A DNA stretch of 64,000 nucleotides from Planctomycetota bacterium (GTDB taxonomy: Bacteria; Planctomycetota; UBA8108; SXIK01). Position numbers and translations under genes: made by a program. A model generated the notes under the pieces. It was given only the letters and a program-made list of their open reading frames with translations. It ran no database searches and had not been told where the DNA came from. This document shows, in pieces, positions 55,222-64,000 of the stretch; the first letter of the stretch is position 1, and each line of letters opens with the position of its first letter. Where the stretch lies: contig OZ244999.1 in NCBI GenBank assembly GCA_965223265.1, positions 768,001 through 832,000 on the forward strand, given 5' to 3'.

Positions 55222-56165
55222 ACTTAACTCCAGGCGCTCAGATAAGACGTCTTCGTTGGTTGCCTTGAAGGTGGATCAAACCCGCAGGAATTGGGTTGCC
55301 GCTGCGCTGTCCGGTCGGTGCACCGCAGAAGTTGTTCCAGTCACCCGAGGTGCGAAAGCGTTCAATTCCTCGAGGACGCGAGAGCAGCATCTTTGTGACA
55401 CCCGCCGAATCTGTCATCGCCCCGGGGTGAAAGCTGCGGTGAACCGACTCGTTCGCGAACACCTGTTAACGTAGCGCTCGACGAGTCAACTTTGAGCGGC
55501 CGTCGGTCTTGCGCATTTAGTTGCGCACTGAAATGCACCAACAAGGCCCAGAATTCTCGTTGTCGACGCCCTCGATCGTCTTCGTATTCGGAACAGCTCT
55601 ACTACCTCGGGATCATCTCTCTCTTTCGGACCTGGCTGCCGTCCAGCACAGCGATTTCGCTGCTGAAGGCAAGCTCCACTGATCAGTCTGTTTATCGGGA
55701 CTGGTTGATGATCATACCAAAATCAGCCAACCATTTCTCACAACCTCGTCCGCTTGCACACGGGCAGCGCTACCGAACCTTGTCCGAACCCTTGCCACCT
55801 CTCTTCCTGACACAGAACGAGTGGCGGGAATTGCATCCCAGAGGGAGGCCACCGGATCGCCCTTGATCTCCTCGTTGGGAGAGGGTGCAATGAATCGCGT
55901 CAACTCGACGGGTGTTACGACGCCGTTCGCCGGGTGACTCGGGGGGAAACGGCGGGAGAGCGGGTCAGACTTTTTCGGAGAGTCTGTAGGATCAAGACTC
56001 ACTCCTGAACCGTGCGTTCCTCGTGTCGCGCGCCCGTGCGCGTCTCCCGGTGCGTGCCTCTGCGTTCAGGGCGTTGTTAGTCGCCAGAATTGACGATATT
56101 GCGAAAGGCTTTCAGTGTTGGCGTAGGTTATCCGCGCCGGAGCGATCGCAGGAGTTAGAGAAAAG

Positions 56166-56717
56166 TTGAAGTTTATCGAAACGAAGATCCCTGGCGCGTT
56201 TCTCATCGAAATCGAAGAGCTACGCGACGAGCGCGGTTTCTTCGCGCGGGCATTTTGTCAGCAGGAGTTTGAGCGACTCGGACTCAAATCGTCGATCGTT
56301 CAGAGCAACATCTCAGGCAATCCGGCGAAGGGGACCCTGCGCGGACTCCACTTTCAAAAACATCCTTTTGAGGAGGTCAAGATTGTCCGCTGTACTCGCG
56401 GGGCGATTTTCGACGTCCTCGTGGACCTTCGCCCCGGATCGGAAACCCTTGGTCAATGGGACGGATACGAACTGACGGCGGAGAATCACCGTATGCTCTA
56501 CATCCCCGAGCGGTTCGCGCATGGATTCCAAACCCTGGAGCCTGACACCGAGGTGATGTATCTGGTGACACAGTTCTATTCTCGGGAACACGCGAGCGGT
56601 CTGCCGCACGATGATCCTGCGTTCGATATATCGTGGCCGCTGCCCGTGAGCGCCATCTCGGACGCCGACGCGAATTGGGAACGGTATTCTGCTTCTCCGT
56701 TCGGCGCCACCACTTGA
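56166..56717 (+). CDS. rfbC: dTDP-4-dehydrorhamnose 3,5-epimerase
   Basis: DERGFFAR, GTLRGLHFQ, GAIFDVLVDLR and FAHGFQTL. Confidence 0.94.
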   Translation: MKFIETKIPGAFLIEIEELRDERGFFARAFCQQEFERLGLKSSIVQSNISGNPAKGTLRGLHFQKHPFEEVKIVRCTRGAIFDVLVDLRPGSETLGQWDGYELTAENHRMLYIPERFAHGFQTLEPDTEVMYLVTQFYSREHASGLPHDDPAFDISWPLPVSAISDADANWERYSASPFGATT

Positions 56718-56745
56718 GACAAAGAGACACAGACGGCGGATCCCT

Positions 56746-58050
56746 ATGGAAAACTTGGCACTCGACACTCTTCTCCAACAGCGGCAGCGCAGCGGATCCC
56801 CCATCGGGGTGGGGCTCGTCGGTGCGGGAACCATGGCGAGCGCTGTAGCCCATCATCTGTTGCCGGCGCCGCCGGGACTGAAACTCATCGCTATATCCAA
56901 CCGCACGGTCGACAAAGCCGTAGAGGCCTTCGCTACGTCCGGTCGCGTGCGTCGGGCGGACTCCGCCGGCGAGTTGCAAGAGGCGGCCGCAGCGGGCGAC
57001 CCAGTTGTTACGGACGATTTCCGACTCCTCTGCGGGGCCGATTGCATTGACGTCATCGTCGACGCCACCGGAAGCGTAGAGTTCGGTGCACACATTGCCG
57101 TTGAGGCAATCACCAATCGAAAGCACCTGGTTCTGGTCAACGCTGAGCTCGATTCTACAATCGGCCCAATCCTCAACGTCAAGGCGACTGAAAATGACGT
57201 CGTGATGACGCATATCGACGGCGAGGAGCCAGGGATCGCCATGAACCTGATTCGCTACTTGCGCACGATGGGGTTGGAGCCGGTTGGCGCCGGGAATCTC
57301 AAGGGCATGCTGGACCCCTATCGTACCCCCGAGACTCAGCGAGAGTTTGCGGCGAAATTCGGGATGGACCCGAAGATCACGACGTCGTTCGCCGACGGGA
57401 CGAAGCTCTCGATGGAGTGTACGATCCTGGCGAACGCGAGCGGATTCGGCGTCGGTAAGCGAGGTATGCACGGGCCTGCTTGCGATCACGTCAGTGAGAT
57501 CGCGGCACTCCTGCCGGCAGAGCAGCTCCTGAGCGGCGGCATCGTCGACTTCGCGCTCGGCGCAGCTCCCTACACGGGCGCCTTTGCGATCGTGCACGAG
57601 ACAGAACCAACCAAGATGAAGCATCTCGACATGCTGAAGATGGGGCAGGGCCCGTTCTACGTCTTTTATGTCCCTTATCACCTGCCGCATTTCCAGTTCG
57701 TGCCGACGATTGCACGCGCGGTACTGCACGGCGATGCGACGGCAGCTCCAGCGGCAGGGCCGCGCTGCGAGGTGGCCGCGATTGCGAAAACGAACCTGGA
57801 GGAAGGGGCCGTGCTCGACGGTGTTGGTGGCTTCGCCGCGTACGGGGAGATCGAGAACGCGAGCGTCATGCGGGCGGAGAACCTTCTGCCGATGGGGTTG
57901 GCGGACGGATGTCGGTTGAAGCGAGGCGTAGCGAAGGACGCTGCGATCGGCATGGCCGATGTCGAATTCCCGGCCGGCCGGTTGTGTGACAAGCTCTACG
58001 CAGAGCAAGTCGAGTATTTTGTTGAGTCTGCGGCGCGCGACGGAGCATGA
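56746..58050 (+). CDS. Homoserine-dehydrogenase-like NAD(P) oxidoreductase with C-terminal SAF domain
   Basis: VGLVGAG, NAELDSTIGP, SFADGTKLS.E, PYHL and AKTNL..G..LDGVGG. Confidence 0.85.
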   Translation: MENLALDTLLQQRQRSGSPIGVGLVGAGTMASAVAHHLLPAPPGLKLIAISNRTVDKAVEAFATSGRVRRADSAGELQEAAAAGDPVVTDDFRLLCGADCIDVIVDATGSVEFGAHIAVEAITNRKHLVLVNAELDSTIGPILNVKATENDVVMTHIDGEEPGIAMNLIRYLRTMGLEPVGAGNLKGMLDPYRTPETQREFAAKFGMDPKITTSFADGTKLSMECTILANASGFGVGKRGMHGPACDHVSEIAALLPAEQLLSGGIVDFALGAAPYTGAFAIVHETEPTKMKHLDMLKMGQGPFYVFYVPYHLPHFQFVPTIARAVLHGDATAAPAAGPRCEVAAIAKTNLEEGAVLDGVGGFAAYGEIENASVMRAENLLPMGLADGCRLKRGVAKDAAIGMADVEFPAGRLCDKLYAEQVEYFVESAARDGA

Positions 58051-59271
58051 ATGAAGCCGGCTAAATGCGACGAAAGCTCTCGTCGATCGCTCTGGAACTC
58101 AGGTCGCTGCACGCTGTGTGGGCAATCGGATCTGGTGGAGTTCCTCGAACTGACGAACGTGCCGGCTCAGGACGGACTCGTCTGGCCGACGCGCGAGGAA
58201 GCTCTCGCAGCGCCGTCTGGTGACATTCGCTTGTGCGTCTGCCGAGACTGCGGTTATGTCGGCAATCGTTCGTATCGAGCCGAGCTAGTTCAGTTTCAAG
58301 GCTACGATGTCTCGCTCGAGCACTCGCCTCTCTACCAGGGTTTCGTCGATTGGTTGATCGACCGCCTGATCTCACGCTACTCGCTGCAGGGTAAGTCTGT
58401 GCTGGAAATCGCGTGCGGCAAAGGTCATTTCCTTCGCAAGCTTTGCGCGCGTGCGCAGTGCAGCGGCATTGGGTTTGATCCCAGTTTTGAGGAAGAGTCG
58501 GAGGGTGTCGGTTGTGACGCTGGCGTTCGCTTTGTCCGCGACTTCTACAGTGCCGCCTACGCACAGCACGAGGCTGATCTGATTTGCTGTCGACAGATGC
58601 TTGATATTGTCGACGAGCCGCGCCACTTCCTCTTAGAGCTGGCGAGCGCAATTCGCGAGAGTCCCTCCGACAGCGTCGTCTTCTTCGAAGTGCCGAACGC
58701 GGAGATGAACCTGAGCCGTTTCGTACCTTGGAACATCGTCTACGAACATTGCTGTTGGTTTTTTCCCAAGACGTTGGCGCTGTTTTTCGAGGTCGCGGGA
58801 TTCGAGGTGCTGGACGTGTACGCCTGTCACGAGGACGAGTACATAGGAATCGAGGCGCGCCTCACTGACTCGCCTCGGCGAGAGCATGAGCTCGAGCCGG
58901 CTGAGCTGCAGAACCTTGTCGCGCACCTTCAGGCCTGTGGCGAAACCATGAGAGAGATGGTGGCTACATGGCGCGGCACAATCTCTCGCGCTCTAGGCGA
59001 GGGAAAGACGTTGGCGGCGTGGGGTGCCGGCGCACGGGCGATCGGATTTCTTTCCGCTCTCGGAATTGTTGAGGAAATCACTCGCGTCGCTGATATCAAT
59101 CCGCGCCGTCAGGGCCAATTTCTAGCAGGAACAGGCCAGAAGGTCGTTTCACCGGAGGACCTGCTTTGTTCTCCTCCTGACGTGGTCATCGTAACGAATC
59201 CGACCTACCAGAGCGAAATCGAGAGCCAGGCATCGAAGATGGGCCTCGCGTGCGAATTTCTTGCTCTTTGA
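58051..59271 (+). CDS. SAM-dependent methyltransferase, NDP-sugar C-methyltransferase-like
   Basis: N-terminal CxxC...CxxC, VLEIACGKG, FEVPN, YEH and WGAG...DINP..QG..L.GT. Confidence 0.88.
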   Translation: MKPAKCDESSRRSLWNSGRCTLCGQSDLVEFLELTNVPAQDGLVWPTREEALAAPSGDIRLCVCRDCGYVGNRSYRAELVQFQGYDVSLEHSPLYQGFVDWLIDRLISRYSLQGKSVLEIACGKGHFLRKLCARAQCSGIGFDPSFEEESEGVGCDAGVRFVRDFYSAAYAQHEADLICCRQMLDIVDEPRHFLLELASAIRESPSDSVVFFEVPNAEMNLSRFVPWNIVYEHCCWFFPKTLALFFEVAGFEVLDVYACHEDEYIGIEARLTDSPRREHELEPAELQNLVAHLQACGETMREMVATWRGTISRALGEGKTLAAWGAGARAIGFLSALGIVEEITRVADINPRRQGQFLAGTGQKVVSPEDLLCSPPDVVIVTNPTYQSEIESQASKMGLACEFLAL

Positions 59272-59286
59272 CCAGGATCACTTCCT

Positions 59287-60063
59287 ATGAAAGTCGTTCT
59301 TTTCTGCGGAGGGCTTGGAACTCGACTTCGCGAGTACTCACACAACCTTCCGAAGCCGTTGGTGCCGATCGGCTATCGCCCGATCCTCTGGCATGTGATG
59401 AAGTATTACGCCCACTTTGGGCACAAGGATTTCGTCCTCTGCCTCGGTTACATGGCAGACAAGATCAAGGACTACTTCATCAACTACGATGAATACCTCA
59501 CGAACGACTTCACGCTAACGAACGCTGGCAGGAACATCGACCTCCGCACGAGTGATCTCGACGACTGGCGGATTAGCTTCGTCGACACCGGGCTCTATTC
59601 GAACATCGGTTCTCGTCTCGTTCAGGTCCGTGACTACGTCAAAGACGAGGAAGTTTTCTTGGCGAACTACACCGACGGCTTGACGGACATGGACCTGGAG
59701 ACGACCGTCGAGCGCTTCAAAGCCTCGGGGAAAATCGCGGCGATGGTTTGCCCGAAGCCCTCGCAGACTTTTCACGTCGTCACACTCGGAGAGGACTGCA
59801 CGGTCAAGGGGATTCGCCACGTTCGGGAGACTGAGACGCTGGTCAACGGCGGCTACTTTATCTTCCGACAGGAGATCTACGACTACATCAACGAAGGCGA
59901 AGAGTTAGTCAACGAACCGTTCGGACGGCTGATCAAAGCGAATCAACTGATTGGATTCCAACACGACAACTACTGGGCGATGGACACGTTTAAGGAGCAA
60001 CAAGAGCTCACGGATTTGTACAATGAGGGCTGTGCCCCGTGGGAGGTTTGGAAATCCAAGTAG
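59287..60063 (+). CDS. rfbF: Glucose-1-phosphate cytidylyltransferase
   Basis: MKVVLFCGGLGTRLRE, PKP.V.IG.RPILWH.MK.Y, VDTG, NGGYF and W.MDTFKE. Confidence 0.9.
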   Translation: MKVVLFCGGLGTRLREYSHNLPKPLVPIGYRPILWHVMKYYAHFGHKDFVLCLGYMADKIKDYFINYDEYLTNDFTLTNAGRNIDLRTSDLDDWRISFVDTGLYSNIGSRLVQVRDYVKDEEVFLANYTDGLTDMDLETTVERFKASGKIAAMVCPKPSQTFHVVTLGEDCTVKGIRHVRETETLVNGGYFIFRQEIYDYINEGEELVNEPFGRLIKANQLIGFQHDNYWAMDTFKEQQELTDLYNEGCAPWEVWKSK

Positions 60064-60110
60064 CTCTTCCGACTCGATGTTTCAGGCTGCTAATCCACAA
60101 GGAATGATCG

Positions 60111-61418
60111 GTGAAATTCGACAAGTCGCTCGCATTACAACCGCGCTTTCACGCTTTGATCCCAGGAGGCTCGCACACCTACGCTAAGGGTGACGACCAG
60201 TTTCCTGAGTTCATGCCGCCGTACATCGTACGAGGTCACGGTTGCCGCGTGTGGGACGCCGATGGCAACGAATACATCGAGTACGGCTCGGGACTGAGGG
60301 CCGTCACCCTGGGCCACGCGTACGAGCCTGTCGTTGACGCTGTGGCGAAGCAGCTGAGGCTCGGAAATAACTTCATTCGTCCTGCGACCATCGAGTTGGA
60401 GGCCGCGGAGCAGTTTCTGAGCTTGATCGACGGTGGCGAGATGGTGAAGTTCGCGAAGAACGGGTCGGACGTCAATAACGCGGCGATTCGAGTCTCGCGC
60501 GCCTACACCGGACGCACTCATGTCGCCATGTGCGCCAGTCATCCGTTTTTCTCCGTCGACGACTGGTTCATGGGCACGACTGCGATGGATGCCGGCATTC
60601 CGGAAGCGGTGAAGAACCTGACTTTGAAGTTTCTCTACAACGATTTGGAAAGTTTAGAGAAGCTTTTTGCTGAGTATCCAGACCAGATCGCCTGCGTCAT
60701 ACTCGAACCAGAGAAGCAAGCGCCGCCTGCGGATGGATTTCTGGAAGGCGTACAGTCTCTGTGCAAGAAGCACGGCGCCGTTTCGATCTTTGATGAGATG
60801 ATCACGGGCTTTCGCTGGCACGTCGGCGGCGGTCAGAAATTCCATGGTGTGACACCAGATTTGTCGACGTTCGGAAAAGCGATGGGGAACGGTTTTTCGA
60901 TCGCAGCGCTCACCGGAAAGAGCGAGATTCTCCGTCTCGGAGGGTTTGACCATGACAAGGAGCGGGTCTTTCTTGTGTCGACGACACACGGGGCTGAGGG
61001 GCCCGCCCTCGCGGCTGCCATCGAGACGATGCGTGTCTACGAACGACTTCCGGTGATCGAAACTCTGTGGAAGCAAGGACAGCGGTTGGCAGATGGACTC
61101 AACGAGGCCATCGCAGCGCAGAACGTCGAAGGGCACATCGAAGTGATCGGTCGGCCTTGCTGCCTTGTCTTTGCCACGCGTGATCAGGATCAGAATCCAT
61201 CTCAGCCGTTTCGGACGCTGATGCTCCAGGAGTTGATGAAGCGGGGCGTGCTGGCTTCGTCAATCGTCGTTGGGTTCTCGCACGAAGACAACGACATCGA
61301 CCAAACGGTCGAGGCGTTCAGTGGAGCGATGGAGGTCTACCGCAAAGCGCTGGATGACGGGGTTGAAAAGTATCTGGTTGGTCGATCTGTGAAACCGGCT
61401 GTGCGCACGTACACGTAG
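60111..61418 (+). CDS. Class-III PLP aminotransferase (glutamate-1-semialdehyde aminomutase-like)
   Basis: IPGGSHTYAKG, WDADGNEYIEY, FAKNGSD, FDEMITGFR and PDLSTFGKAMGNG. Context suggests a sugar aminotransferase rather than HemL. Confidence 0.88.
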   Translation: MKFDKSLALQPRFHALIPGGSHTYAKGDDQFPEFMPPYIVRGHGCRVWDADGNEYIEYGSGLRAVTLGHAYEPVVDAVAKQLRLGNNFIRPATIELEAAEQFLSLIDGGEMVKFAKNGSDVNNAAIRVSRAYTGRTHVAMCASHPFFSVDDWFMGTTAMDAGIPEAVKNLTLKFLYNDLESLEKLFAEYPDQIACVILEPEKQAPPADGFLEGVQSLCKKHGAVSIFDEMITGFRWHVGGGQKFHGVTPDLSTFGKAMGNGFSIAALTGKSEILRLGGFDHDKERVFLVSTTHGAEGPALAAAIETMRVYERLPVIETLWKQGQRLADGLNEAIAAQNVEGHIEVIGRPCCLVFATRDQDQNPSQPFRTLMLQELMKRGVLASSIVVGFSHEDNDIDQTVEAFSGAMEVYRKALDDGVEKYLVGRSVKPAVRTYT

Positions 61419-61470
61419 GTCCTCCGAGACGGTGATCCGATTCCGATTGTGTCCGCTACCGTCTCGGCGT

Positions 61471-62112
61471 CTACAGCTGGATTTTGCGCGCGTAAAACGC
61501 CTCTGCGTAGCCGTTCGGCGCGTTCGACTCCAACCCTCTCAGGCGCATCAGACCGGCGAAGGTCTCAGCAGCAAACCAGTGCTTCGTCGCTTGACTCGGA
61601 AAGCATTTGAGAAGTATCTCAATCTTCCTTTCGCGCTGCGCATCTGATACCGGGGCGAACACGTTCGGTGAGCCGAGATCGCCATCGTATTTCGGTATCT
61701 CGTATTCGAGGATGCAGTGATTTCGGAACGTGTTCCACGTCAGCTCCGAAACGAGTCGGTGGTCTTGATGGCGGTCGGCTCCGTAGTGGCAGAAGATTAA
61801 GTCTGGAGAGACTTCTTCTTTGAGTGCCTCGAAACGTTCTTTGACTGCGGCGCCGTCGTACGGAAAGAAACCGTCGCGGAAACCTTCGATCTTGATCTGT
61901 GCCGATTTCGCCGCGGCGAGGAAGCTCTCCGCGCTCGCCTGTGCTTCGTCGCGACGTGTGCCATTGGCGCTGAGGACGATCCACGTGAGCTCGATCGACG
62001 GACGTTCTTCGAGCAGTCGCAGCACCGTTGCGCCGCAACCGATTTCGATGTCGTCCGAATGGGCGCCTATGAGGAGCACGGAGCGGACCTGGTCGAGACC
62101 AAGTGAAATCAT
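61471..62112 (-). CDS. PIG-L/LmbE family deacetylase
   Basis: GAHSDDIEIGCG, D.HQDH, YEIPKYDGDLG and AEAF. Start set at ATG 62112. Confidence 0.92.
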   Translation of the reverse strand: MISLGLDQVRSVLLIGAHSDDIEIGCGATVLRLLEERPSIELTWIVLSANGTRRDEAQASAESFLAAAKSAQIKIEGFRDGFFPYDGAAVKERFEALKEEVSPDLIFCHYGADRHQDHRLVSELTWNTFRNHCILEYEIPKYDGDLGSPNVFAPVSDAQRERKIEILLKCFPSQATKHWFAAETFAGLMRLRGLESNAPNGYAEAFYARKIQL

Positions 62113-62374
62113 AGGGTGACGTAGCCAGTTGAGTCGTGGAATCGAGCGGGAAGAAGACGGCGCCATCGAGGGCCTGAAGACGCACGAATATACCCCAGCG
62201 TCCGCGAAAGATAACGGCAAGAAAAGCCTTCAGCTCGGCGATTTGCACGCCATGAGCGGCATTCTGGTCCGCCTCGGCGATGCTCACACGCGGTGAAGGA
62301 AAAGTCGTGCGAGGACCGTAGCAGAAATCGGCTCTGCACCGGTTCGGACTGGACTGGTTTCCACGCTACGGTTA

Positions 62375-64000
62375 TCAGCACTCGCTCGGGCCGCCCTCTG
62401 GCGCCGGCGCAGCCCATCGCGTCCGCGTCGCGGCGCGGTTCAGACGTTCACGCAGCCCCGTCAAGCGCTGCGCCTGGCTTTCGCGTTCGACGGCCAGCGA
62501 GAGCGCCCGCCGCGACCCGACGAGAATCAGCAGTTTACGAGCCCTCGTGACGCCAGTGTAAAGGACATTTCGGTGTAGCATCATGTAGTGCTGCGTGTGG
62601 ACAGGGATGACGACGGCTGGGTATTCGGAGCCCTGACTTTTGTGCACCGAGCAGGCGTACGCTAGCGTCAGCTCGTCGAGGTCGCTTGCACGGTATTCGA
62701 CTGTGCGACCGTCGAAGTTCACCCGTAGCATCCTGTCCGAGTCGTTGACGAAAACGATGCGTCCGACGTCGCCATTGAATACTTCTTTGTCGTAGTTGTT
62801 GCGGATCTGCATCACCTTGTCGCCAGCTCGAAATCGCCAACCGTAGCGACTGATCTCCGGTCCCGAGCTCGGATTGAGTAGCGCCTGCAATGTGTGGTTG
62901 AGGGCTTCCGAACCGAGCGCGGAACGCTTCATGGGTGTCAAGACTTGGATGTCGTCGATGGGGTCGAATCCGAATCGATTCGGGATCCGCTCCTTAGTGA
63001 GCTTGCAGATCTTGTCCACGGCGACCTCGGGCTCGTCGGCCTCGACAAAGTAGAAGTCGCCGAGTTCTTCGGGTTCGTAAGTCGTCTCGGGAAGATCGCC
63101 AGCGTGAATCCTGTGGGCATTTGACACGATGCGGCTCTGCGCAGATTGTCGGAAGATCTCAGTCAAACGGATGACCGGGACGGCTCGCGACTCAATGATG
63201 TCTTTCAAAACTTGACCGGGTCCAACCGAGGGGAGTTGGTCGACGTCGCCGACGATAACCACCGAGGCGTGGTTCGGGATCGCACGCAGGAAGCTGTGCA
63301 TCAATTTCGTGTCGACCATCGATGCTTCATCAAGAACAAACACGTCGCCGGTGAGCTGGCGGTCTTCGTTGTGAACGAAGCCGCGTGGAGGTCGGTATTC
63401 GAGCAATCGATGGATTGTCTTTGCCTCGCAGGCTGTGGCCTCGGCGAGCCGTCGCGTCGCCCGACCGGTCGGTGCGCAGAGGCGGCACGTGAGTCGCTTC
63501 GCTTCGAGAATCGCCACAAGGCTGCGGATGATCGTGGTCTTGCCAACACCGGGTCCTCCCGTGATGACCACGACCTTTGATTGCAGGGTTCGTTCAAGCG
63601 CCAGCCGCTGACTCGCTGCGAGTTCGACGCTAAGTTTTGACTGGATCCAGGTAACAGCCTTCGGTGCGTCGATCGCGGACATCGCGCGCGGTGCGGTGGC
63701 CAGACGCACGAGGTGGCGGGCGATGCCCCGTTCGGCATGAAAGAGCGGAGTCAAATAGACGAAGGTGTCATCGCCGATTTGATCGACGCTCACCTCACCG
63801 CTTTCCACGACTTCAAGACTCGACTCTTCCAACTCGCTAGGAAGCCGTTCGACAACCCGTGCGCTGCGCTCGATCCAATCGTCGCGTCGCGCCGCTGCGT
63901 GTCCCTCCGTCGCGAGCTCTTTGAGGCTAAAGAGGAGCGCTGCAGCCGCTCGCAGGCTCGAGTCGGGGAGAATTCCGAGGCTCATCGCGATGCGGTCAGC
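62375..64000 (-). CDS. recD2: ATP-dependent RecD-like DNA helicase (5' part outside the window)
   Basis: ITGGPGVGKTT, APTGRA, DEASMVD, GDVDQLPSVGPG, GDKVMQ..NNY, NGD.G, HKSQGSEY and LYTGVTRA. The frame is open to the window edge. Confidence 0.95.
   Translation of the reverse strand, partial: ADRIAMSLGILPDSSLRAAAALLFSLKELATEGHAAARRDDWIERSARVVERLPSELEESSLEVVESGEVSVDQIGDDTFVYLTPLFHAERGIARHLVRLATAPRAMSAIDAPKAVTWIQSKLSVELAASQRLALERTLQSKVVVITGGPGVGKTTIIRSLVAILEAKRLTCRLCAPTGRATRRLAEATACEAKTIHRLLEYRPPRGFVHNEDRQLTGDVFVLDEASMVDTKLMHSFLRAIPNHASVVIVGDVDQLPSVGPGQVLKDIIESRAVPVIRLTEIFRQSAQSRIVSNAHRIHAGDLPETTYEPEELGDFYFVEADEPEVAVDKICKLTKERIPNRFGFDPIDDIQVLTPMKRSALGSEALNHTLQALLNPSSGPEISRYGWRFRAGDKVMQIRNNYDKEVFNGDVGRIVFVNDSDRMLRVNFDGRTVEYRASDLDELTLAYACSVHKSQGSEYPAVVIPVHTQHYMMLHRNVLYTGVTRARKLLILVGSRRALSLAVERESQAQRLTGLRERLNRAATRTRWAAPAPEGGPSEC

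Noticed and set aside
56377-58008. 543-aa minus-strand ORF
   Set aside because: Antisense shadow of rfbC and the SAF oxidoreductase, both of which have clear family motifs.
60111-61418. Calling the aminotransferase hemL
   Set aside because: It lies in a sugar-nucleotide operon and has IPGGSHTYAKG instead of the HemL-type PGGVNSPVR motif.

Overview
A GC-rich bacterial chromosomal segment. Gene content points to Planctomycetota (FxRGD dockerin-like proteins, DUF3500, a prenyltransferase/MoxR/DUF58/vWA operon and an ECF sigma factor with a long extension); this assignment is inference. It carries about 45 coding regions: cysG-cysH, sod, a degenerate ThrRS paralog, assorted enzymes and transporters, an 8-gene MoxR/vWA operon, ilvB-ilvN-ltaE, a polysaccharide/rare-sugar cluster and a partial recD2. 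The main finding is a 3,560-bp element at 41046-44605 that the ORF track does not show. It has TGT...ACA ends, 35-bp imperfect terminal inverted repeats and an exact 6-bp target duplication (AGTGAT). It is an internally deleted IS21-family element (istA absent, istB truncated) with two small zinc-finger accessory genes and a membrane-anchored ECF sigma factor as cargo. Also found: seven copies of a fold-back MITE family (about 160-177 bp when complete) at YTAR-like sites, hexamer-periodic tracts including an in-frame 102-nt tandem duplication, and candidate leader peptides before cysG and ilvB. No tRNA, rRNA or CRISPR array was recognised. All family assignments come from motif recognition by eye, not database searches.
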